Positions 47,212-54,003 of a stretch of DNA of 54,725 nt are shown one piece after another; the first letter of the stretch is position 1; every line of letters starts with the position of its first letter. The notes under the pieces are model-generated. The model did not search any database and was not told the DNA's origin. It saw nothing but the letters and a program-made list of their open reading frames with translations. The translations under genes were made by a program, and so were the position numbers. The DNA is taken from positions 1-54,725 of the forward strand of contig CANQKV010000001.1 of the NCBI GenBank assembly GCA_947624545.1, written 5' to 3'. The stretch comes from an uncultured Alphaproteobacteria bacterium (GTDB lineage Bacteria > Pseudomonadota > Alphaproteobacteria > CAAHEQ01 > UBA3637).

Positions 47212-48627
47212 ATGGAAGAGCAGACAAACATTATCGGTGAATGGGAAAAAGTTTATAAAGCTTTGGAAAAAGAAGTCAATAACCGTTTGGTTATGAAGTG
47301 GCTGAAACGGAGTGTTCCCGAAAAAACCGAATCGAATCGAATTTGTTTGTCATTTCCCTCTCCTTGTATCGAAGAAATGATTAAACGCAATTATGCGCGT
47401 CAAATTTTTGATACATGGAAACGCGAAAATCCAACGGTGGAAGCAGTTGATTTTAAAGTTATCGAGCATAAAAATGAGGCACTGACGAAAGATTCGATGC
47501 CGATTAGCGTTCCTCTGATGGAGCAACCCGTTGTTGTCGACAAAATCAAGCGGCGCGGTACCTCGAAAGTGGAAATTGATATAACGACCGATACGGAAAT
47601 CATTCCCTGTTATTTAGATGAAACGCATACATTTGAACGGTTTGTTGTAGGAAAATCAAATGTTTTTGCCTATGAAGCGGCGCGCCGTGTTGCCGAAGAT
47701 GAAAAAGATGTTTTTAATCCGCTTTACATTCATTCGCCGGTCGGATTGGGAAAAACGCATTTATTACATGCGATAGCCTGGCGTGCGAAAGAACTGTATC
47801 CCGACAAAAACGTTCTTTATTTATCATCGGAACAATTCTTTCAGCACTTTTTAAAAGCGTTACGGAATCAAAAAACCGGTTCGTTTCATGATTTGTTTCG
47901 CGCCGTTGATATTTTAATGATAGATGATATTCAGTTTATTTGCGGCAAAAAAGCCACGCAGGAAGCGTTTTTTCACACATTTAACCAACTGATTGCCTGC
48001 GGTAAAAAAGTGGTTTTGTCGTCCGATTCGCACCCCATGGATTTACTTGAAATGCAAGAGCGGTTAAAAACCCGTATTGCGCAAGGGCTGGTTGTTCACA
48101 TTGAGCCGACAACTTATGAATTGCGACTGGGGATTTTACGGGAAAAAGTACAGCATTTACCCGTTCAAATCAGTGAAGATGTTTTAAATTTTTTGGCTAA
48201 AAACATTACCGGCAGCATTCGAGAATTGGAAGGGGCTTTAAAACGTTTAACGGCGCATGCGCAAATTATGGGAACGGCTATTAATCCGCAAACAACGAAA
48301 ACCGTATTAAAAGATATGTTGCAAGTTTATGATCGTCAATTTTCGGTCAATGAAATTCAGCGAGTTACGGCTGATTATTATCATATAAAGTTATCGGATA
48401 TTCAATCGGCACGGCGGGATCGAAAAATTGCGCGTCCGCGGCAAATGGCAATGTACTTGGCAAAAACGGCGACGGCTTTATCGCTTCCCGATATCGGACG
48501 GCGATTCGGACGGGATCATACAACCGTTATGCACGCCGTTAAAACCATTGAAAATTTAATGAGTCGAGATAAGCAGTTATGTCAAGACAAAGAAAACATT
48601 TTAATGCAATTACGGGAGGGTATATGA
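47212..48627 (+). CDS. dnaA: Chromosomal replication initiator protein DnaA
   Basis: Contains F.FERFVVGKSN, Walker A SPVGLGKTHLLHAI, Walker B LMIDDIQF, SIRELEGAL and the domain IV motif GRRFGRDHTTVMHA. Confidence 0.98.
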   Translation: MEEQTNIIGEWEKVYKALEKEVNNRLVMKWLKRSVPEKTESNRICLSFPSPCIEEMIKRNYARQIFDTWKRENPTVEAVDFKVIEHKNEALTKDSMPISVPLMEQPVVVDKIKRRGTSKVEIDITTDTEIIPCYLDETHTFERFVVGKSNVFAYEAARRVAEDEKDVFNPLYIHSPVGLGKTHLLHAIAWRAKELYPDKNVLYLSSEQFFQHFLKALRNQKTGSFHDLFRAVDILMIDDIQFICGKKATQEAFFHTFNQLIACGKKVVLSSDSHPMDLLEMQERLKTRIAQGLVVHIEPTTYELRLGILREKVQHLPVQISEDVLNFLAKNITGSIRELEGALKRLTAHAQIMGTAINPQTTKTVLKDMLQVYDRQFSVNEIQRVTADYYHIKLSDIQSARRDRKIARPRQMAMYLAKTATALSLPDIGRRFGRDHTTVMHAVKTIENLMSRDKQLCQDKENILMQLREGI

Positions 48628-49067
48628 GCAATTCGAATCCGTTTCACAATCCGTTTATGTTAGGTTTTGACGAGTTGGAAGATATTTTTTTGAGTATATC
48701 CAAAGGGGCAGAGAGTTTTCCGCCGTATAACATTGAACAAACGGGTGCGCGAACGCTGCGTATTACGTTGGCGGTTGCCGGTTATCGGGAAGAAGATTTA
48801 GAGGTTTCGTTGGAAGAGAATCGCTTGATTGTGCGCGGGCGTCAAATCCCCGATGAAAAGCGTCATTTTTTATATCGCGGCATTGCCGGTCGAAACTTTT
48901 TGAAATCGTATGTGTTGGCGCAAGGATTAAAAATTACGGGCGCCTTATTGGAAAACGGTTTGTTAAACATTGATTTGGAACGTCCGGAACCGGTTAAGAA
49001 TGTTCAAAAAATTACCATTCAAACCCAAGGAAAGGGAACAAAATTATTGAAAGGAAAAAATCTATGA
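48624..49067 (+). CDS. Hsp20/alpha-crystallin small heat-shock protein (IbpA-like)
   Basis: Contains FPPYNIEQTGARTLRITLAVAGYREEDLEVSLEENRLIVRG, an alpha-crystallin domain. The ATG at 48624 overlaps the dnaA stop (ATGA) and follows a GGGAGGG ribosome-binding site. Confidence 0.88.
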   Translation: MSNSNPFHNPFMLGFDELEDIFLSISKGAESFPPYNIEQTGARTLRITLAVAGYREEDLEVSLEENRLIVRGRQIPDEKRHFLYRGIAGRNFLKSYVLAQGLKITGALLENGLLNIDLERPEPVKNVQKITIQTQGKGTKLLKGKNL

Positions 49068-49282
49068 CAAAGGAATTTGAATTAGCGTTATCTGTTGTTA
49101 ACGATATTTTACCTAATTCCAGCGGATTAGAAACGGCATATATCAAACAGGAAACGCTGAATAACAATGCCGTTTGGTCGATATACAATCTCCGCGGAGA
49201 GAAAATGGGTTATGCCGAAACGCGTGAAATGGCGTTTGCCGTCGCGAAGCAAAACGCCTATAACGGAATGAACGTACATTAA
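49064..49282 (+). CDS. DUF1150-family small protein (hsp20-associated)
   Basis: A 72-aa protein. AYIKQE...WSIYNLRGEKMGYAETREMAFAVAKQNAYNGMNVH fits the DUF1150 pattern. An ATGA overlap joins it to hsp20. Confidence 0.65.
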   Translation: MTKEFELALSVVNDILPNSSGLETAYIKQETLNNNAVWSIYNLRGEKMGYAETREMAFAVAKQNAYNGMNVH

Positions 49283-49300
49283 AAACAATTTAAAAAAAAC

Positions 49301-49329
49301 TTGCAAAAAGGAAGAGATAAACATATACT
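49301..49329 (+). promoter_or_regulatory. sigma70-type promoter for tRNA-Gly
   Basis: TTGCAA, a 17-nt spacer, then TATACT, 10 nt upstream of the tRNA 5' end. Confidence 0.5.
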
Positions 49330-49338
49330 GATAGGTGC

Positions 49339-49412
49339 GCGAGTGTAGCTCAATGGCAGAGCGGAAGCTTCCCAAGCTTAAGACGAGGGTTCGATTCCCT
49401 TCACTCGCTCCA
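49339..49412 (+). tRNA. tRNA-Gly (anticodon CCC)
   Basis: A 74-nt hand-folded cloverleaf. The acceptor stem is GCGAGTG/CACTCGC, the anticodon loop is TTCCCAA and the T-arm is GAGGGTTCGATTCCCTT. The discriminator is U and the CCA end is encoded. It closely resembles E. coli glyU. Confidence 0.92.
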
Positions 49413-49494
49413 TTTTTTTAACAAGCCGATTCGTTGGTATGTTCAATGCAAGAAATATCTGTTTTTTTCAAGATATATTAAAGCGGAGTTAAAC

Positions 49495-50205
49495 ATGATT
49501 TACGGTTACATTCGTGTTTCGTCCGAAAAGCAAACGGTGGAAAATCAAAAGTTTGAGATTCAAAAGTTTGCTTTACGGAACAGTATTCACATAGACAAGT
49601 GGGTTGAAGAAACCATTTCCACGCGCAAGCCGTTAAAAAAGCGCAAATTAAGTCGATTATTAGATATTTTAACGGAAAATGATATTTTAATTACATCTGA
49701 AATTTCGCGTTTAGGGCGTTCTTTACTGGAAGTTATGGGTATTTTGCAGAATTGTTTATTAAAGGGCTGTCAAATCTGGACAATAAAAGAAAATTACCGA
49801 TTGGGTGCCGATTTACAATCCAAAGTTATGGCGTTTGCGTTTGGATTATCGGCGGAAATTGAGCGACAATTAATATCCGATCGCACGCGGGCATCGCTTG
49901 AAAACTTAAAGGCGAAAGGAATTAAGTTAGGGCGTCCGATCGGGGCGAACGGACGGGCATTAAAGTTGCCGAACAGTTTGCAAAAAATATTTTGTTTAAT
50001 TAAAAACGGCTGTTCGCAATCGGAAGTTTCGCGCATTATGGGTGTTCATAAAACAACCATTTGTCGGCTGATTCAAAAGCATTATCCCGAGCTTTCAACG
50101 GAAGAGCCTGAAAAGTCAATTTATAAGACGGAAAACTACTCTTTGGCTTCTGATTTTGCGGTAAATACGCCTGATCTTTCGCATTCGTCGAATGAAAATC
50201 AATGA
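49495..50205 (+). CDS. Small serine recombinase (resolvase/invertase family)
   Basis: Contains MIYGYIRVSSEKQ (catalytic Ser motif), SRLGRS and a GRP hinge. A C-terminal HTH is present (CSQSEVSRIMGVHKTTICRLIQK). The gene starts 83 nt downstream of tRNA-Gly. Confidence 0.88.
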   Translation: MIYGYIRVSSEKQTVENQKFEIQKFALRNSIHIDKWVEETISTRKPLKKRKLSRLLDILTENDILITSEISRLGRSLLEVMGILQNCLLKGCQIWTIKENYRLGADLQSKVMAFAFGLSAEIERQLISDRTRASLENLKAKGIKLGRPIGANGRALKLPNSLQKIFCLIKNGCSQSEVSRIMGVHKTTICRLIQKHYPELSTEEPEKSIYKTENYSLASDFAVNTPDLSHSSNENQ

Positions 50206-51377
50206 GGAACTTCTTGCTGATTTTCATTAATAATGCCCATTTTCAGCAAGCGATACATATATTGTGTTCCCAAAACAAACAAGATTTTTTCGGGGGGAAT
50301 CATAAAGTAAAGAGAGGAAGAGAAACCGCCGACCAAGTCAGGTCCATAACCGGTTAAGAAAAGAGCCTCAACGGGAATATTCGATTCAAGAGCAATCCAT
50401 CCGGGGAAAGCTTTTTTAATTTTTATGCATTCCTTTTGGGCGTCGAGAGACGGATGACATTTGAGCAACACGCGATACGGTAATTTCTTAACGAGTTGAA
50501 AAGAATCGATTTCATACTTTACTTTTGGTTCTTTATCAAAGAAATATCCTGCTGTCAGCACCAAAGTTTTTCGATTACTTTTCTTGTTAAACAACTGGGG
50601 GTCAATTTGGAAAAAGCGGGTTAATAATTTTTTCTCATAAGGGAGAAGACGATCGGTTTCGCGTTTTAAATCAAGCGTTTTAATATTTTCGGCGCCGATC
50701 CATTCTACAAAATTTTTATAATATTTATCTTTTTTAATTTCATCGCCTTTACACAAATGATAAGTTGCCGGCACGAATTTCCCGACTGAGGCTTTCCAAA
50801 AGAGAGCAGAGGGTGTTAATGAGAAATTCCAAGCGGATTTATGCTCCAAATTCACCATTTTGAACGGTTGGAATTTTGTCCATGCGGGGTTTTCAACGCC
50901 GTAAACATTGCAAGCGCCGTCTTCATACATATGGATATGTTCAATTTTATCGCCCAGTTCTTTTATGAGCGGATACACAAAATAAAACACCTGATTGATA
51001 TTTGTATAAACTTCCAATTTTGCGGTGGGATATTTTTGAACAATTTTTTTCAACTCTTCAATACAATCCGGTGCATTGTATAACCAAAAGCCTTCTATCG
51101 AGCTTAAAGCGAGTTCGATTGTATTTTCTCCCAAATCGAGGATATTTGAGCGTTTCGGGAAGCGATGAAAGAAAAACACCTTTAATTCACTTTGATTGGG
51201 GAGAGATTTAATCAATTCCACGCTTTCCCAGAGAGCGGGGGAAGTGGCATAAACTTCCAGAAAGACTTTAATTTTTTTAATTTGGGGTTTAGGTTGATAA
51301 TAACAGCTGATAACGGCGCAAGTACATGCAAGAGCCATAAAGAACCATTTTAAAAAAGTTCTAACGGAATGTTTCAC
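50199..51377 (-). CDS. GT80-family (Pasteurella PM0188/PmST1-like) sialyltransferase
   Basis: Collinear matches to PmST1, recalled from memory. These are HMYEDGACNVY (D/E-D/E-G motif), LLKCHPS (HP motif), IPVEALFLTGYGPDLVGGFSSSLYFMIPPEKI (SS motif block) and LKMGIINE at the C-terminus. A hydrophobic N-terminal anchor is present. Confidence 0.7.
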   Translation of the reverse strand: MKHSVRTFLKWFFMALACTCAVISCYYQPKPQIKKIKVFLEVYATSPALWESVELIKSLPNQSELKVFFFHRFPKRSNILDLGENTIELALSSIEGFWLYNAPDCIEELKKIVQKYPTAKLEVYTNINQVFYFVYPLIKELGDKIEHIHMYEDGACNVYGVENPAWTKFQPFKMVNLEHKSAWNFSLTPSALFWKASVGKFVPATYHLCKGDEIKKDKYYKNFVEWIGAENIKTLDLKRETDRLLPYEKKLLTRFFQIDPQLFNKKSNRKTLVLTAGYFFDKEPKVKYEIDSFQLVKKLPYRVLLKCHPSLDAQKECIKIKKAFPGWIALESNIPVEALFLTGYGPDLVGGFSSSLYFMIPPEKILFVLGTQYMYRLLKMGIINENQQEVPH

Positions 51378-51846
51378 GCGAGTAAGCTCCGTAAAAATCT
51401 TCTTTATTCAACCAACCGGTATATTCTTTATCATTAAACAAAAAGGAAAGACGACAAGAATCGACTTCACAGGCTTCCAATTTTCCGAGGGCGCCTTTTT
51501 GGACGAAAGCGACGGGGGGTGCCGATGTTTCGATGTCCCGACGCAAGGCGGTATCTTCTGTCACGACGGCAAAGCGTCCTGAGCTGAGCATTCGGCGATG
51601 AACCCAACCGACTGTTCCGTCAACTTCGCGGATTTGACGCCATAATTCGTATTCATCAATCACTTCAACGGGATAATTTTTCATTCGATAGACGAATTTA
51701 ATGGGATAGCGATTGCCCGGACCTGTTCTTAAATTCACATCGGATCTGCGAAACGAAACGAATCGGGGAATAGCCAATTCCTGCGCGCAAACGGCGGAAG
51801 CGAGGGAGAGGGCGCCCACAAACAAGAGAACGGATTTAACTTTCAT
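51361..51846 (-). CDS. Secreted bacterial SH3-like (DUF1058) domain protein
   Basis: Has a signal peptide, MKVKSVLLFVGALSLASAVCAQE. RFVSFRRSDVNLRTGPGNRYPIKFVYRMKNYPVEVIDEYELWRQIREVDGTVGWVH is an SH3b pattern. Confidence 0.7.
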   Translation of the reverse strand: MKVKSVLLFVGALSLASAVCAQELAIPRFVSFRRSDVNLRTGPGNRYPIKFVYRMKNYPVEVIDEYELWRQIREVDGTVGWVHRRMLSSGRFAVVTEDTALRRDIETSAPPVAFVQKGALGKLEACEVDSCRLSFLFNDKEYTGWLNKEDFYGAYSRETFR

Positions 51847-52372
51847 TTGAAGCTTTAACCCTTTCACGAACACTTTTAACCGTTCGTTTTTTATTGGGGG
51901 TTGATTGTTTTACGGCAGGCTGTTCGGCATCATCGATTGAATCGAGGATCATTTCTTTATGCTCTTCGCGTAATTGACCGCTGACTTCATTCCAACAGAT
52001 TTGAAGAACGGGTGAAATGAGTAATTGAGCAATTTCTTCGCCGCGCCGCAAAATTAACTGACGACGAGAGGCATTTTGCAACAAAACAAAGAGTGCTTCT
52101 CTGTCGGCGGGATTGATAATTTGAGGCGAATCGAGGACGATTAAGCCTTTTTCGACGGCGACGGCGGGTAAAGAAACAACTTGACCGCACAGACCGTCCG
52201 GCACGCCGAAACCGAAGCCGACAGGCACCAAAGCGCGCTCACTCGGATCTAATTTCAGCACACTGGGAATAGCAGCGCGCAAAATCAAGCCGACGTGATG
52301 ACGTGACGTATAAGACGGCAAAGGAAAATCAACGCCGTCGGGCGTACGAATGATGTGGATTCTCGGAATCAT
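51836..52372 (-). CDS. dUTPase-fold protein with degenerate catalytic motifs (probable pseudoenzyme)
   Basis: Aligns collinearly with trimeric Dut (FPLPSYTS..., LVPVGFG, GLIVL, GEEIAQL). The motif positions read HVGLIL, SLPAVA and QIINPADREA, and the glycine-rich motif V is absent. Confidence 0.6.
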   Translation of the reverse strand: MIPRIHIIRTPDGVDFPLPSYTSRHHVGLILRAAIPSVLKLDPSERALVPVGFGFGVPDGLCGQVVSLPAVAVEKGLIVLDSPQIINPADREALFVLLQNASRRQLILRRGEEIAQLLISPVLQICWNEVSGQLREEHKEMILDSIDDAEQPAVKQSTPNKKRTVKSVRERVKASNES

Positions 52373-52396
52373 TGAATGCCTTTCACAATTTTGTTC

Positions 52397-52425
52397 ATTG
52401 TGGCGTATTTGTTATTTTTTGTCAA
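52397..52425 (-). promoter_or_regulatory. Putative sigma70-type promoter of the dut-like/SH3/sialyltransferase operon
   Basis: The minus strand reads TTGACA (52425-52420), a 17-nt spacer, then CACAAT (52402-52397), about 25 nt upstream of the ATG at 52372. A GAAAGG ribosome-binding site lies in between. Confidence 0.45.
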
Positions 52426-52520
52426 GAAGTTTTTTACAAAATATAAGGAACAAAGGCGATATTCCGATTGTTTTTAAATTGTTTCAATAAAAGAGGCATT
52501 TTTTTACGGAATCAAAAAGA

Positions 52521-52653
52521 GGGAAGCCTGACAGCGGGTAAGGAAAACGGCGATTGTTCATGAAACAGGGTTTTTTGAGGGGGAGGGTAAGGAAAGAGAG
52601 GATAAAAATAGAAAACATTGACAAAAATGGGTAAAAAAACGAGTTGAATTGAG
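52521..52653. repeat. 133-bp conserved element, copy A (head of the polypurine module)
   Basis: GGGAAGCCTGACAGCGGGTAAGGAAAACGGCGATTGTT...GAGTTGAATTGAG is a direct repeat of 53111-53243, with only a few substitutions. Confidence 0.9.
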
Positions 52654-52702
52654 CAAATTTCTGTTTCTCTTTTCAGTTCATGACAAGATAAAAAAACGAA
52701 TT

Positions 52703-52930
52703 GAGAGAGAGGAAAAAGCAGAAAGAAAGAGAGAGAGAAAAAAGAAAAGGAGGAAAAAAGAGGGGGAGGAAAAGAGGGGAGAGGGGAGAGGGGAGAGGGG
52801 AGAGGAGAGAGGAGAGAGAAAAGAGACGAAAGAGGGGAAAGAAAGAGAAGAAAAAAGAGAGGGGGAAAAATTGGGGTGGGAGATAGGAGGGGAAGAGAGA
52901 CGAAAAAGAGGGAGGGGATAAAAAAAGGAA
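52703..52930. repeat. Polypurine (G+A) / polypyrimidine tract A
   Basis: By direct count, 228 nt on the + strand contain only 8 pyrimidines. The tract contains (GAGGGGA)n-type micro-repeats. Confidence 0.95.
52776..52800 (+). other. Canonical G-quadruplex-forming motif GGGG-AGA-GGGG-AGA-GGGG-AGA-GGGG
   Basis: Four G4 runs (52776-79, 52783-86, 52790-93, 52797-800) are separated by 3-nt AGA loops. An extra GGGGG run lies at 52762-52766. Confidence 0.8.
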
Positions 52931-53110
52931 CCCGCTCGGGAGAGCGAAGCCTTTTACTAACTTTAAGAAAAGGGAAAATCCGCTTGTTGTTAAAGAAAAG
53001 AGCAGATTTTTGAGCGGGCTGGTAAGAAAAGAGAATGAGGATTATTTTTTATTCATAAAAGCGGAAAAATGTAGAAAGTGGAAAGTGCATAAGGGGTTAA
53101 CGGCATGCAA

Positions 53111-53243
53111 GGGAAGCCTGACAGTGGGCAAGGAAAACGGCGATTGTTAAAGAAACAGGGTTTTTTGAGCGGGAGGGTAAGGAAAGAGAGGATAAAAATA
53201 GAAAACATTGACAAAAAAAGATAAAAAAACGAGTTGAATTGAG
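53111..53243. repeat. 133-bp conserved element, copy B
   Basis: Direct repeat of 52521-52653, 590 bp downstream of copy A. Confidence 0.9.
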
Positions 53244-53347
53244 AGAGAGAAAAGAAAAGGACGAAAAGAGAGAGGAAAAAAGGGGTGGGAGATAGGAGGA
53301 AAGAGGGGAGGGAAAAGAAAGAGGAAAGGGAGGGGATAAAAAAGGAA
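53241..53347. repeat. Polypurine / polypyrimidine tract B
   Basis: 107 nt with 4 pyrimidines. It ends in the same GGGGTGGGAGATAGGAGG...GGGAGGGGATAAAAAAGGAA block as tract A. Confidence 0.95.
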
Positions 53348-53370
53348 CCCGCTCGGGAGGGAGCGGGTCC
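53335..53370 (-). terminator. Intrinsic terminator-like hairpin (minus-strand orientation)
   Basis: An 8-bp stem ACCCGCTC/GAGCGGGT with a 6-nt loop. The minus strand then reads TTCCTTTTTTAT, while the plus strand has no comparable T-run. Confidence 0.55.
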
Positions 53371-53481
53371 TTGGTATGTTTAATTTTAAGAAAGGGGAGA
53401 ATCCGCTTATTTCAAGGGAGTTTTTACGGATTACCCCTTATTAAGAAAGCCCGCTCGGGAGAAAACGCGGACGTTTCTTAA

Positions 53482-53940
53482 TTATTCTTCGTCGGGAGAG
53501 TGCAAGTCAAACTTATACAGCTTGACAGTACTGTTATCGACGAAATAAATGCAAACGCCTCGAATATCCGATTCCTTTTCACAGGAGAGTGTGAAAGGAC
53601 AAGAAATCGAGTGCCCGTATTGAGAAATATATTCATCGGATTCGGGCGCACGTTCGCCGGCAACGCAAGGGCTGATTGTACTGATTTGACATTTGCCCAA
53701 GAGTTGTTTTGCTGCAACAAGGTTTTCGGCAACTTGTTTAATGTGAACGTTATCGACAAACAAAGAGGGAACAAGAGCTAAATCCCATGTGGAAACGAAA
53801 TTGGCGAATTGAGTTTTCATTGCCGTCATGGCAATTTGTTCGCGGTGTGTAATTTTCGATTGAGAATATTGTTTTATTCCCAAAGCGACGGCGCCTGCGA
53901 GCAGGCAAAGAAGCAAAACAAACAAAATTTTTTTTATCAT
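53482..53940 (-). CDS. Hypothetical exported or membrane-anchored protein
   Basis: The N-terminal hydrophobic segment MIKKILFVLLLCLLAGAVALG is a signal peptide or anchor. I recognise no family. Confidence 0.5.
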   Translation of the reverse strand: MIKKILFVLLLCLLAGAVALGIKQYSQSKITHREQIAMTAMKTQFANFVSTWDLALVPSLFVDNVHIKQVAENLVAAKQLLGKCQISTISPCVAGERAPESDEYISQYGHSISCPFTLSCEKESDIRGVCIYFVDNSTVKLYKFDLHSPDEE

Positions 53941-54003
53941 AAATATCTCCTTAAAGCAAGCGGATTCCGTCCCGTAAGGAACGGCAACGGAATCCTTTCT
54001 TTA

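Noticed and set aside
49413-49494. Hin/Gin-type inversion sites (inverted repeats) flanking an invertible promoter near the serine recombinase
   Set aside because: Only short direct similarities were seen (CAAGAAATAT and CAAGATATAT). There is no convincing inverted-repeat pair in this interval or around the operon promoter at 52397-52425.
52649-52921. ORFs 52649-52921 and 52701-52886 (+), encoding E/R/K/G-rich polypeptides (…ERGERGEERGERKE…)
   Set aside because: They are simply translations of the polypurine tract, since GA-only codons give E/R/K/G. There is no ribosome-binding site, one uses a TTG start, and the homologous module B has no equivalent ORF. I treat the region as noncoding.
52521-53243. 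Possible CRISPR array or transposon ends, suggested by the two 133-bp direct repeats
   Set aside because: There are only two long copies (133 bp) 590 bp apart, with no short regular repeat-spacer periodicity. No terminal inverted repeats, transposase or cas genes are present.
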